61,149 nt of DNA from Polyangia bacterium. GTDB lineage: Bacteria > Myxococcota_A > Polyangia > Fen-1088. The DNA is taken from NCBI GenBank assembly GCA_038325725.1, contig JBBQJG010000001.1, positions 1 through 61,149 on the forward strand, written 5' to 3'. Below, in pieces: positions 45,380-54,560 of the stretch. The notes beneath the pieces were generated by a model that was not told where the DNA came from, did no database searches, and worked only from the letters and a program-made list of their open reading frames with translations. Each line of letters opens with the position of its first letter. The stretch's first letter is position 1. The position numbers and the translations under genes were made by a program.

Positions 45380-46036
45380 TTATCTAATGAAACCCTTGCT
45401 CGTCGCGTCCCGCAGCGCCTCGAGCAGCGCGTCCCCGGCTTCGTCGAGCGGCCCGAGCTTGTCGGGTTCCCCGTCCTTCGCGCCGCCCGAGATGTCGCCC
45501 TCCGCCGTGCGCACACCGCCGTCGGTCAGCACGTAGAAGCGCACGCGGCCCTTCGCGGGTGCTGGATACTCGACCGCGGGGATCAGATCTCCGAGTACGT
45601 CCGCCGCTTGGTCACACAGGCGCACCGCCGCGAGGCGCGCCGGGCCGTAGGCCTTGCCGCCCGTGACGGCGCCGCCGGCGCTGATGTACATGCTGGCCGT
45701 GCCGTCGGTGAGCGCCACGACGGTCGCAACGCCCTTCTTGTAGCCGCGCTCCATGAGCACGCCCCACACGTGGCGCAGCGGCATGACGCCGATCTGCGCC
45801 GCCGTCGCGTGCAAGAGCTCGTCCCGCAGAGACGTCCCTCCGTCGGCGCCTGGCAACGCCCCCGACGCGGCGCCGAGGCTGGGACCCTCGCCGCCTTCAC
45901 GAGGCGATTCGCCCTGCCCTTGGACCTTTTGGAAGGCGTAGACGGCGACGACGAAGAACACCGCCGTGACCGTCGTGATGATCCAGCCACGGACTCGGGG
46001 GGAGAGGCCTGGGCGCGCGTCGTTCGTCGGGATCAT
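45380..46036 (-). CDS. hypothetical membrane-anchored protein
   Basis: Start at MIPTNDARPGLSPRVRGWIITTVTAVFFVVAVYAF (single TM), then a soluble domain. No family recognised. Confidence 0.5.
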   Translation of the reverse strand: MIPTNDARPGLSPRVRGWIITTVTAVFFVVAVYAFQKVQGQGESPREGGEGPSLGAASGALPGADGGTSLRDELLHATAAQIGVMPLRHVWGVLMERGYKKGVATVVALTDGTASMYISAGGAVTGGKAYGPARLAAVRLCDQAADVLGDLIPAVEYPAPAKGRVRFYVLTDGGVRTAEGDISGGAKDGEPDKLGPLDEAGDALLEALRDATSKGFIR

Positions 46037-46164
46037 GAGCCGAGCCGCAGTCTGCACCGGTTCCCCGCGTCGGGAAAAAAAGCGGCGACAACAACCTGAC
46101 GCGCCGGCGGGCACGCGGCCCCGAAAAGGGGTCATTTTTCGACGAAAACGCCTACAATGCGCCG

Positions 46165-47268
46165 ATGCGAACTATGTCCTCCTCTCTTCGTCTCGTTCCC
46201 ATGGCTCGACTTTCATCGCTCGCGCTCGCCTCTCTCGTCTCTCTCGTCCCGGGCTGTGGCGGAGGCGGCGGCACGACCGGCACGGCGGGCGCCACCGGCA
46301 CCGCCGGATCGACCAACGCAGCCGGCGCCACCGGCACCGCCGGGTCGACCAATGCCGCGGGCGCCACCGGCACCGCCGGGTCGACCAACGCAGCCGGCGC
46401 CACAGGCACCGCGGGCAGCACCGGCACCGCCGGCGCCACCGCCACTGCGGGCGCCACCGGCACTGCGGGAGCCACCGGCGCCGCGGGCGCGATGGGCATG
46501 CCCGTGCCCGCGGGCGGCGACCACTTCTGTCGCATCGACGTCACCGAAGCCGGCGCGTGGCCCTTCGGCGCTCAAATCAAGTGCAGGGTGACGTTCGCCA
46601 AGAAGCCGCCCCTCACGACCGCCGAGAAGGCGGCGCTCGACTACAACTGCGACCCCAAGCCCTACGCGATGCTCGTCACCGAGTGTCCCCGCACAGAGGC
46701 CGTCGGCTACTGCCTCGGCGTCGAAAGCCCGATCGCCACGACCCGGACCTACACCCTCGTCAACAAATCGGCCATCAATCCCGACACGACGTCGCTCTCC
46801 CTCAACGGCCCGGGCATTTGCGGCGGCCAGGCGTACGACCTCGCGGGCAATCCGCTGAACGCGAAGTGCACGGGCACCGTGAAGGCGACGATCGACGGGA
46901 CGCCCCTCGAGTTCCCGAACCTGCTGTGTTGGTACAAGAACGACGGCACGAAGGCCCTTTACTTCGTGCAGGCGCAGACCGCCGCCCGGGACAAGAGCTT
47001 CAACATCAACGTGCAGCAGATGGGCACGACCTACAGCGTGCCGGGCAACGCGCTGTCGCCGGGGTTCGGCTATCTGCAGGGCAACGCGACCTTCGCCTTT
47101 CCGACGAACGCCGACTCGATTCCCCTCGACGTCACGAAGTTCATGGCGTCCGGCGCCGGCCTCGTCGCGACCTTCTCTCCGGGCGATGTCTACAGCCAGC
47201 CCGGCGGCAAGGGCGCGGGCCCACACACCATCACGGCGGGCTCGATCGACATCGTGATGACGCCGTAG
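46165..47268 (+). CDS. lipoprotein with a GTAG-type tether and a Cys-containing C-terminal domain, unknown family
   Basis: Lipobox LVPG/CGGGG (alternative start at M 46201). ([12 protein letters not shown])x3 linker. A globular 230-aa domain with 8 Cys. Confidence 0.65.
   Translation: MRTMSSSLRLVPMARLSSLALASLVSLVPGCGGGGGTTGTAGATGTAGSTNAAGATGTAGSTNAAGATGTAGSTNAAGATGTAGSTGTAGATATAGATGTAGATGAAGAMGMPVPAGGDHFCRIDVTEAGAWPFGAQIKCRVTFAKKPPLTTAEKAALDYNCDPKPYAMLVTECPRTEAVGYCLGVESPIATTRTYTLVNKSAINPDTTSLSLNGPGICGGQAYDLAGNPLNAKCTGTVKATIDGTPLEFPNLLCWYKNDGTKALYFVQAQTAARDKSFNINVQQMGTTYSVPGNALSPGFGYLQGNATFAFPTNADSIPLDVTKFMASGAGLVATFSPGDVYSQPGGKGAGPHTITAGSIDIVMTP
46288..46395. repeat. 36-bp tandem repeat x3 encoding [12 protein letters not shown]
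   Basis: ggcgccaccggcaccgccgg(a/g)tcgaccaa(c/t)gc(a/c)gc(c/g) was read three times in succession. Confidence 0.8.
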
Positions 47269-47274
47269 CGGCTT

Positions 47275-48030
47275 CTACGCGCGCGCGTGCTGCGCGTAGG
47301 TCGCGAGCACGAGCCCGAGGTTGTAGCTCGCGTGCAACGCGACGGCGGGAATCAGCGAGCCCGTCGCCGCGCGCGCCCGCGCGGCCAGCGTGCTCAACAC
47401 GCCGATCGCGACCCAAGCCGGCCAGTACGCGCCGATCTCCGTGGCGTGCATCGCGACGAAGATCATCGTCGTGACGAACCCCGCGCGCGACGACGTCCAC
47501 CTCGCGGCGAGCCCCGAATAGAGCACGCCGCGAAACACGAGCTCCTCGACGGGCGGCGCGATCGCGACGGCGAGCACGGCCCACCCGACGCGCAGCCACC
47601 CGCCCGCCGCGGCGATGCGCCCGAGCGGCCCGAGCTCGTGGGGCGGCGTGGGCAAGACCCGCCCGGCGAGCGCGAACGCGAGGACGAGGCCGAGGCCCGT
47701 GAGCGCGGCGCGAGCCGCCTGCCGCGCGGACACCCGCGTCCAGCCGATCGCCGTCATCGCCGCCGCTTCGGGCGTCGCCGGCAACGCCCGCCACGCGAGC
47801 GCGAGGACGACCGCGCCGCCGAGCAGCGTCCCGGCGATGGCCGCCACGAGGGTCACCCGAGGATCTATCTGAATCCCGATCTGAAGCCCGCCGGCCTCGG
47901 GCGCGACGCCCGACCGAAGCGCCGTCCGCGCGACCGAGACCCCCACGCCAATGGCAACGGCGAGCTGGGAACCCAGGAACGCCGCGAAAATCACGAGGGC
48001 TCGCCGGGGCCCGAAGGTCGGAGGTGACAT
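47275..48030 (-). CDS. CPBP-family intramembrane glutamic endopeptidase (CAAX protease-like)
   Basis: Motifs PPVEELVFRGVLY, FVAMHATE, ALHASYNL. About 7 TM. ATG at 48030 (the track TTG at 48039 is an alternative). Confidence 0.8.
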   Translation of the reverse strand: MSPPTFGPRRALVIFAAFLGSQLAVAIGVGVSVARTALRSGVAPEAGGLQIGIQIDPRVTLVAAIAGTLLGGAVVLALAWRALPATPEAAAMTAIGWTRVSARQAARAALTGLGLVLAFALAGRVLPTPPHELGPLGRIAAAGGWLRVGWAVLAVAIAPPVEELVFRGVLYSGLAARWTSSRAGFVTTMIFVAMHATEIGAYWPAWVAIGVLSTLAARARAATGSLIPAVALHASYNLGLVLATYAQHARA

Positions 48031-48047
48031 CGCGATCAACCACCATT

Positions 48048-50477
48048 ATGCTGACCGACCTCGTGGATTCGCAGAACGAATCGCCGCCCGCCGCCGAGGC
48101 CGCCGCCCCCCCCGGGCTGCCCGCGGACGTGGACCCGACCCTGCCGCCCCCTCCACCGATCGTGGCGGAGGAACAGCAGCTCCTGGCGATCGTGCTGCGC
48201 AAGCTCGACGCCGCGGCGCCGAAGAAAGCCCGCGCGCACGTCGACGACGCGGGCTCGATGATCGAGCTGCGCGATCAGCTCGCTGCGGCGAAGCCCGAGG
48301 ACCAGGGCTCGATCCTCGAGCAGATGCACCGCATCGAGGCGCTGTCGCGCCAGCGCGGCAAGGGCGACAGCCCGCCCATCGATCGCAAGTCGCCCTACTT
48401 CGGCCACCTGCGCCTCGATGAGGGCGGCAAGCGCCGCGACGTGCTCGTGGGCGCGCGCAGCTACGTCGAGCCGGGCGGCGGCGTGCAAATCGTTGATTGG
48501 CGCAACGCGCCCGTGTCGCGCCTGTTTTATCGTTACGAAGAAGGCGACGGCTACGAAGAGCGGCTCGGCGATCGGCTCGTCGAGGGCGAGGTGCTCGCGC
48601 GCCGCACCGTCGCGATCGTCGAGTCCGACCTGCGCCGCGTCGCCGCTCCGCAGGGCACCTTCGCGCGCGACTTCAAGACGGGCGAGTGGCGCCAGATCGC
48701 CGCGCAGCAAGCCAAGCTGCAGATCGCGCGCGACGGCAGCGGCGCGACGCTGATCCCCGCGCGCCCCGGCAAGGCGAGCCCGATGGCGACGCTGCCGCCC
48801 GCGATGCGCGGCAAGCTGGGACTCGATGGCGACGGCGAGCGCCGCCCCGACCGTCACCTGCCGGCGATCGCGGCGCTCATCGACCCCAGACAATTCGAGC
48901 TCATCACGCAGCCTTCGTCGGGCCTGATCGCCGTCCAGGGCTCCGCGGGCAGCGGCAAGACGACGATCGGGTTGCACCGCATCGCCTACCTGGCTTTCGC
49001 AGAGCCGCGCCGCTTCCGTCCCGAGCGGATGCTCATCATCGTCTACCAGCGCGCGCTCGCGACGTACGTCTCGCGCGTCTTGCCGGCGCTCGACGTCGAG
49101 GGCGTGCCCGTCATGACCTTCGCCGCCTGGGCCGAGTCGACGCGCCGGGCGACGCTGCCGTTGCTCGACGCGCCCGTCACCGACGAGACGCCGGCGCTCG
49201 TCATGCGCGCGAAGTCACACGGCGGAATGTTGCGCCTGCTCGAGGATCGCCAGGCCGCGATGGTCGCCTGGTGCCGCGCCCAGCTCGCTGGCCTGGCCGA
49301 GGATTCCGCGGCGCGCGCGGCCGCGGCCGACGCCGTCGCGGCGTGGGACGCGACCGCAGCCGCGAAGGGCGCGCCCCTCGTGCCCGTCGACGCGCGCGTG
49401 ACCGCCTTCGCGCACTGGGTGCGCGACGCCAAGCTCGACCCCACGGCGCGCACGGCGCTCGAGCACGCGGGCCGCGCGCTGCGCTCGCGCACGCGCGACG
49501 TCACGTGCGAATGGGCCGCGATGCTCACCGATCGCGAGGCGCTGCGCACGGGCTTCGCGACGCACGCGCCGGGTCTTTTCTCAGACGGCCAGATCGACGA
49601 CATCCACCGCTGGGGCGTCGCGCGCGACCGCCTGCGCACCGGTGGCCGGTTCGAAGACGACGGCGAGGGCTTCGCCTTCGACGCCGAGGACGACGCCCTC
49701 CTCCTGCGCATCTACCAGCTCCAGCGCGGGTCGCTCTCGGGCGGAAAGGGCGCCGCCCCGCTCGCGTACGAGCACCTGATGGTCGACGAGGTGCAGGACT
49801 TCTCGCCCATCGAGCTCGCCGTCCTGCTCGACACGACGAGCAAGCAACGCTCCGTCACGCTCGCGGGCGACACGGCGCAGGCGATCGCGACCGAGCACGG
49901 CTTCTCCGACTGGGCCGAGGTGCTCGACACGCTCGGCATCGCGCACGAGCGCGTCGAGCCGCTGCGCGTGAGCTATCGCTCGACGCGCGAGATCGTCGAG
50001 CTCGCCGAGCACGTCCTCGGCCCGTTGCAGGGCGACGTGCGCCCCGTGGCGCCGCGCGCGGGCGCCCCCGTCGAGGCCTTCGGCTTCGGGTCAGCGGGCG
50101 AGTGCGCCGAGTTCCTCTCGCACGCGCTCAAGGAGCTCGTGCGCGTCGAGCCCGAGGCCTCGGTCGCGCTGCTCGCGCGTCACCCCGAGCAGGCCCAGCT
50201 CTACTACGACGCGCTCTCGCGGGCCGAGGTGCCGGCGTTGCGACTCGTCGCCGACCAGGACTTCCCCTTCACGCCCGGCATCGACGTCACCGACGTGCGC
50301 CAGACGAAGGGTCTCGAGTTCGACATCGTGATCCTCCTCGACGTCAACGAGTCGTCCTACGCCACCTCCGACGAGGCGCGCCGGCTGCTCCACGTCGCCA
50401 TGACCCGCGCCGCCCACCAACTGTGGGTCACCTACACGAGCGCCCCCTCGCCCCTGCTCCCCCCCGGCCTCCGCTAA
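48048..50477 (+). CDS. helD: UvrD-like helicase, HelD (helicase IV) type
   Basis: N-domain SPYFGHLRLDE....VLVGARSYV...IVDWRNAPVSRLFY. Walker A GSAGSGKTTIGLHRIAYL. MVDEVQDFSPIEL. VRQTKGLEFDIVILLD. Alternative start at GTG 48024. Confidence 0.8.
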   Translation: MLTDLVDSQNESPPAAEAAAPPGLPADVDPTLPPPPPIVAEEQQLLAIVLRKLDAAAPKKARAHVDDAGSMIELRDQLAAAKPEDQGSILEQMHRIEALSRQRGKGDSPPIDRKSPYFGHLRLDEGGKRRDVLVGARSYVEPGGGVQIVDWRNAPVSRLFYRYEEGDGYEERLGDRLVEGEVLARRTVAIVESDLRRVAAPQGTFARDFKTGEWRQIAAQQAKLQIARDGSGATLIPARPGKASPMATLPPAMRGKLGLDGDGERRPDRHLPAIAALIDPRQFELITQPSSGLIAVQGSAGSGKTTIGLHRIAYLAFAEPRRFRPERMLIIVYQRALATYVSRVLPALDVEGVPVMTFAAWAESTRRATLPLLDAPVTDETPALVMRAKSHGGMLRLLEDRQAAMVAWCRAQLAGLAEDSAARAAAADAVAAWDATAAAKGAPLVPVDARVTAFAHWVRDAKLDPTARTALEHAGRALRSRTRDVTCEWAAMLTDREALRTGFATHAPGLFSDGQIDDIHRWGVARDRLRTGGRFEDDGEGFAFDAEDDALLLRIYQLQRGSLSGGKGAAPLAYEHLMVDEVQDFSPIELAVLLDTTSKQRSVTLAGDTAQAIATEHGFSDWAEVLDTLGIAHERVEPLRVSYRSTREIVELAEHVLGPLQGDVRPVAPRAGAPVEAFGFGSAGECAEFLSHALKELVRVEPEASVALLARHPEQAQLYYDALSRAEVPALRLVADQDFPFTPGIDVTDVRQTKGLEFDIVILLDVNESSYATSDEARRLLHVAMTRAAHQLWVTYTSAPSPLLPPGLR

Positions 50478-50514
50478 GGCGCCGCTAAGGCGCCGCTAAG
50501 GCGCCGCTAAGGCG
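50471..50514. repeat. 11-bp tandem repeat x4 (ccgctaaggcg) containing the helD stop
   Basis: Read directly. TAA occurs at 50475, 50486, 50497 and 50508, so it falls in all three plus-strand frames. TAG likewise falls in all three minus-strand frames. Confidence 0.9.
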
Positions 50515-50534
50515 AAAACAACCAACCCGAGCGC

Positions 50535-50637
50535 CGCGCGGCTTCGCCGCGCGAAGCGAGCGCCCGGGGGGGCGGGACCCTCTCAGGGTCCCGAAGTAAG
50601 CGAGCGCCCGGGGGTGCGGGACCCTCTCAGGGTCCCG
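50535..50637. terminator. three GC-rich hairpins between the convergent helD and PilZ genes (candidate bidirectional terminators / REP-like elements)
   Basis: Hairpins: cgcgcgg-cttcg-ccgcgcg (50535-50553), cgggaccct-ctc-agggtcccg (50573-50593), and the same hairpin again at 50617-50637. The latter two lie in a 44-bp direct repeat (50554-50597 and 50598-50641). No U-tracts are present. Confidence 0.45.
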
Positions 50638-50968
50638 CAGTAGACGACGCCGACTGGAAGAACTGGTTCAGCGCCCAGACGTCGCGGGCGCGGAGGCCCT
50701 GGAAGCGAATGCCGATGCCGCCCTGGGGGCCGTCCTTCTTGACGACCCAGCGCACGTCACCCGCGACCTCCACCGCCTCCGGCTGCGTCGGCAGTTGAAA
50801 ACGAAGCTGCACGGTCGCGCCGAGCTCGAGATTGATCGCCGAATCCAAGAACACCCCACCCAGCGAGATGTTCACGGTCTTCGACGTGTGCTTCTTGCCG
50901 TCGGAGATGACCTCGACATCCAGCTGGCGTTCGTACCGGGGGTCGATGCGGCGAAAATGCTCGGCCAA
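50627..50968 (-). CDS. PilZ domain protein
   Basis: RIDPRYERQLDVEV...TVNISLGGVFLDS...GIGIRF (RxxxR ... D/NxSxxG pattern). Confidence 0.8.
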   Translation of the reverse strand: MAEHFRRIDPRYERQLDVEVISDGKKHTSKTVNISLGGVFLDSAINLELGATVQLRFQLPTQPEAVEVAGDVRWVVKKDGPQGGIGIRFQGLRARDVWALNQFFQSASSTAGP

Positions 50969-51100
50969 GGGAAGGGTCCTTCTCCGGGGTCGTGGCCACC
51001 GGGTGGTGAGACAACATCATACCCTGGATCCATTTCCCGAATCCATCCGGAATCCGGACTGGAAGTCCGCCGAACGTACCTAGGGATGAGACCGGGTGTC

Positions 51101-52123
51101 CTAAAGGGACGGCGCCGATAGCATCGTGATCATTGGGCAAACTGACGCGTCCCCGCCGACGTTCTCACTCGCCGCGAACGGTTTCACGTTGAACGTCGCC
51201 TTGAACGACCGGTCCCAGCATTCGGTCTGACGCAGACCGACGCCGTCGCCCGAAGCGACCGAGAGGTCCGACCGTCCCTCTCCGGTCGGCAGCCACAGGC
51301 TCGTGATGTTCACGTGCTCGATGGGGGAGGTCGGCAGGCCGATGATGTTGGCGAAGACGTCGAACGCCATTTGGCCCTGGCCGGCGTCCGTCGCCTGGTA
51401 ATCGTACGTCACCGTCGGCGCTGGGTTCATCGGCGAGCTCGGATCGTCGGGCAGGTCCGTGATCATCATCGCGATGTGGATCGGATCCGCCGCCGTCGCC
51501 GGGTACGGCTTCTTGTAGTCGATCTCGAGGTGGTCGAGCGTCTTCCAGTCCGAGACATCGAGCCCCGCGGCGCGCACGGCGGCCAGCACGACCTCGAGGT
51601 GACCCATGCCCTGGCGCGCGGTCTTGCCCGCGTCGAAGCTGCCGCGCACGAAGACGGGCCACGCGAGATCCGACGTCCCGATCTTGTGCACGGCGATCTC
51701 GAAGTCGAAGACGTTTCCGTCGAGCATGTCGCGCCACATGAACATGCGGCGCTGCCAATCGAGGTTCGTCGTGTCCTGCTGCCCGGGACCGAAAGGCCCC
51801 CACATGCGGCTGTCGCGGGTGCGCGACGTCGGCGGGTAGCTGCGGATGAGATCGACGAGACCGACGAGCGTCGCCGTGAGGCCGTTGAAGTCGCGCGTCG
51901 TCTCGTGCGTCTTGCGCGCGAGCTCGGCCTCTTCGAGGATCGTGATGGCTGACGAGCGCGCGGGGATCTCGACGCTGAGATCGGCCCGCTTGGGCAGCGC
52001 GTTCATGAACTCGAGATCTTCGTTCGAGTAGTTGCCGCACGCCGAGGCGACGACGCCAAGCAGGAGGGCGAGGGCGAGCGCGGCAACGGGAACTTTCCGG
52101 GCGCAGTTGGGACTAGAGGTCAT
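51101..52123 (-). CDS. orphan lipoprotein A (paralog of 55194-56228)
   Basis: MTSSPNCARKVPVAALALALLLGVVAS/ACG lipobox. The start overlaps the caspase gene end by 11 nt. Blocks shared with lipoprotein B are described in the findings. Confidence 0.65.
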   Translation of the reverse strand: MTSSPNCARKVPVAALALALLLGVVASACGNYSNEDLEFMNALPKRADLSVEIPARSSAITILEEAELARKTHETTRDFNGLTATLVGLVDLIRSYPPTSRTRDSRMWGPFGPGQQDTTNLDWQRRMFMWRDMLDGNVFDFEIAVHKIGTSDLAWPVFVRGSFDAGKTARQGMGHLEVVLAAVRAAGLDVSDWKTLDHLEIDYKKPYPATAADPIHIAMMITDLPDDPSSPMNPAPTVTYDYQATDAGQGQMAFDVFANIIGLPTSPIEHVNITSLWLPTGEGRSDLSVASGDGVGLRQTECWDRSFKATFNVKPFAASENVGGDASVCPMITMLSAPSL

Positions 52124-53726
52124 ACGACACCGCCGTGGCGAGCTCCCAGAATCCCAGGGAGCGGTTTCCGTCAACGTTGTACAGGAGGTAGTGGAGGCGG
52201 CCGCGCAGCACGACGGCCCAGCTCTGCGAGAGGCGCCAATTGACGCCGCCCACGAGGCCGGGCGAGAGCGTCGAGAAGAACTGTGAGGGGAAAGCGTCGT
52301 CGTCGAACTTGCGCGTCATGACGAGGAGCGCGAGGCGCCCGCCTACAAAAGGTGTGAGCGTGCGGTGCGGCCACTCGACGCCGAGCGACGTCGCGAGCGA
52401 CAGCTCGCTGAAGCGGAACGGCGCCGTCGTCGACGGCAAGGTGACGACGCCGTTGGCGCCGCCGCCCGCGACGTCGACGCCCCAGACCCAGTCGTGGCGG
52501 AAGAAGTTTCGCAGCTGTGCGTCGACGCCGAGGAGGCCCGTCGCGGGGAACAGGCTCTCGCGTGTGGGCGCGTCGAACACTGACTGAAAGCCGCCGCCCA
52601 CGCCGACGGACCAGCGCGTGGTGACGTCGGGACGAGAAAGATAGGCGCCTTTGACGGGATCGTCCGAGAAGGCCGCGTCGCGCAGGCGGCTCTCGTCGAG
52701 CGTGATCATCTGGCCCGACGCGACGTCGATCTCGCCGACGCGCAGGCGATCGGCCAAGCGACGCTTGACGCGGTAGTGGCCCGGGGCCAAGGCGACGCGG
52801 CGGTCTCCATCGGCGTTCTTGACGATCTCGGCGGCGACGAAGCCTTGATGGTCCACGAGGTAATAGACCCCGACGGGGGCCTCGCGCGGAAAGTAGATGC
52901 CCTCGCGGCGCGCGGCGACGTCTGTGAGCACGAGATCGCCGTTGCCGGCGAGGTCGTAGCTGAAGGTCGGGTGCTGCGCGCCCGCGGCGCTCTCGGCCGT
53001 GTCGGCGACGGTGCGATCGTAGGCGTAGGCGTAGGCCTCGAACAGCGTGACGCGGCCGTCGCCCGATTTGTCGGCGCCGCCGAGCAGGCCGCTCGCCAGG
53101 TGGTGCGAGAAGTAGCTGCCGCCCACGAGATCCGATTCTTGCGAATCTTCGTCCGAGGCGCTCGACGTGAGGATGACGAGACCCTTCGCGTCGCGCGGGC
53201 CGTCGGCCTGGACGGCGAAGGCGGGGGCGCGGCGCGCGCCCTTCGTGCGCGTGAGCTCGCCCGAGCGGCACGAGTCGAGGATCGCGATGCGCACGTCGAC
53301 GGGCGACGACGCGAGGCGCGCCTTGAGCGAATCGAGCGGCAGGCTCGTGTCGCCCAAGCGCAGCGCGCCGTCCTTGGCGTGACCCGAGTAGTAGACGAAA
53401 AGAGCAGTGCGCTCGCCGCGCGCCTCGGCGTCGGCGGCGCGGCGCTCGGCCGTCCCGATCGCCGTGAGCAGATCCTGCGCCGTGCCGTCGAGCACGAGCT
53501 GCGCGTCGTCGGCGCGCACGCCGCCGAGGCGCGTGAGGATGTCGACGACCTTGCGCGCGTCGGCCTTTGCGTAGAGCAACGGACGCGTGTCTCGCCCCCC
53601 CGAGTCATTGCCGACGACGACCGCAAAGCGGTGCAGCCCGTCGGCGCGCGCCGACGCCGCGAACGGCGACGCGAACGACGCCGCGACGGCGACGATGCCG
53701 AAAGTGATGCGAATGCGCCTGGTCAT
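52113..53726 (-). CDS. exported caspase-family (peptidase C14) protein with a C-terminal beta-barrel-like domain
   Basis: Signal peptide ...SPFAASARA/DG. Caspase core HRFAVVVGND..., His context FVYYSGHAKDG, Cys context IAILDSCRSGE. The C-terminal ~170 aa have alternating strands and end ATAVSYDL. Confidence 0.85.
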   Translation of the reverse strand: MTRRIRITFGIVAVAASFASPFAASARADGLHRFAVVVGNDSGGRDTRPLLYAKADARKVVDILTRLGGVRADDAQLVLDGTAQDLLTAIGTAERRAADAEARGERTALFVYYSGHAKDGALRLGDTSLPLDSLKARLASSPVDVRIAILDSCRSGELTRTKGARRAPAFAVQADGPRDAKGLVILTSSASDEDSQESDLVGGSYFSHHLASGLLGGADKSGDGRVTLFEAYAYAYDRTVADTAESAAGAQHPTFSYDLAGNGDLVLTDVAARREGIYFPREAPVGVYYLVDHQGFVAAEIVKNADGDRRVALAPGHYRVKRRLADRLRVGEIDVASGQMITLDESRLRDAAFSDDPVKGAYLSRPDVTTRWSVGVGGGFQSVFDAPTRESLFPATGLLGVDAQLRNFFRHDWVWGVDVAGGGANGVVTLPSTTAPFRFSELSLATSLGVEWPHRTLTPFVGGRLALLVMTRKFDDDAFPSQFFSTLSPGLVGGVNWRLSQSWAVVLRGRLHYLLYNVDGNRSLGFWELATAVSYDL

Positions 53727-53750
53727 GAGGCCTGGGACGGCGACGCCCCG

Positions 53751-54560
53751 CTACGGCTTGATGAACGTCCTTTGGAATTGCTCGCCTGGCAGATCGAGCG
53801 CCGGCATGTGCAGGATATCGCCTTTGGCTTTTTCGAACGACGCGCGCGCCGCGGCGCGGGCCGCGTCGACGTCGATGGGCGAATCGCTGAGGATCACGAA
53901 GAGGCGCTCCGTGCCGGCGTCGGTGAACTCGATGCTGTCGGGCAGATAGCGCGGCGCCGCGCCCACGACCTTGCCGACGGACAGGCTGCGCCCCGCCTCG
54001 GGATACAGCGGCGTCACCTGGCCGCGCTGGTCGATAGACACAGACAGCACGTAGCGGTGCGTGCCGGCTTGGTAGCCGATGCGCACGCGCTCGCCCGGCG
54101 CGAGCGCCTCGGGCGCGTCGGGGGACGCCGTGCGCTGCGGGCCCTCGCCCGCGCCCACGCGCACGGTGATTCCCGAGCCTTTGACGCGATTGGGCCCCGT
54201 CGCCTCGCCGCCGGTGAACGACACGAACAGCGCGAGCGCTGCGGCGACGGCGAACGTCGGCACGAAGACGCTAAAGACACGCTTCTCGACCGCCGCCTTG
54301 TCGTTCCGCTCGGGCGCCCGCGACGCGCGGGCGACGCCCGCCGCGAAGCGCTCGAACGAGATCTCGTGCTCGAAGCGGCGCTGCTCGTCGTCGAGCGCCT
54401 TGAGGCGCGCGCGGCAATCACCGCACGTCGTCGCGTGCGCCGCGAGATCGGCGTTGCCGACGTCGTCGACGGCGAACGTCTCGCCCGCGCGGAACCGGCG
54501 CAGCGCCAAATCTCCGAAGTGGCTCCCGGGCGTCTGACCCGACATTTGAGGCCCCGTCAT
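53751..54560 (-). CDS. anti-sigma factor (zf-HC2 type) with one TM and a periplasmic beta-rich domain
   Basis: H-x3-C-x2-C motif (AAHATTCGDCRARL). TM segment VFVPTFAVAAALALFVSF. The ATG overlaps the sigma gene stop (ATGA). Confidence 0.75.
   Translation of the reverse strand: MTGPQMSGQTPGSHFGDLALRRFRAGETFAVDDVGNADLAAHATTCGDCRARLKALDDEQRRFEHEISFERFAAGVARASRAPERNDKAAVEKRVFSVFVPTFAVAAALALFVSFTGGEATGPNRVKGSGITVRVGAGEGPQRTASPDAPEALAPGERVRIGYQAGTHRYVLSVSIDQRGQVTPLYPEAGRSLSVGKVVGAAPRYLPDSIEFTDAGTERLFVILSDSPIDVDAARAAARASFEKAKGDILHMPALDLPGEQFQRTFIKP

Noticed and set aside
48024-50477. helD-like helicase as a defence or mobile-element helicase
   Set aside because: The N-terminal domain and motif order match housekeeping helicase IV/HelD. 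No nuclease, methylase or integrase is adjacent.
50471-50641. Possible CRISPR array
   Set aside because: The repeats are contiguous (11-mers with no spacers) or occur only twice (44-mers with no intervening unique spacer). No cas genes or leader are present.
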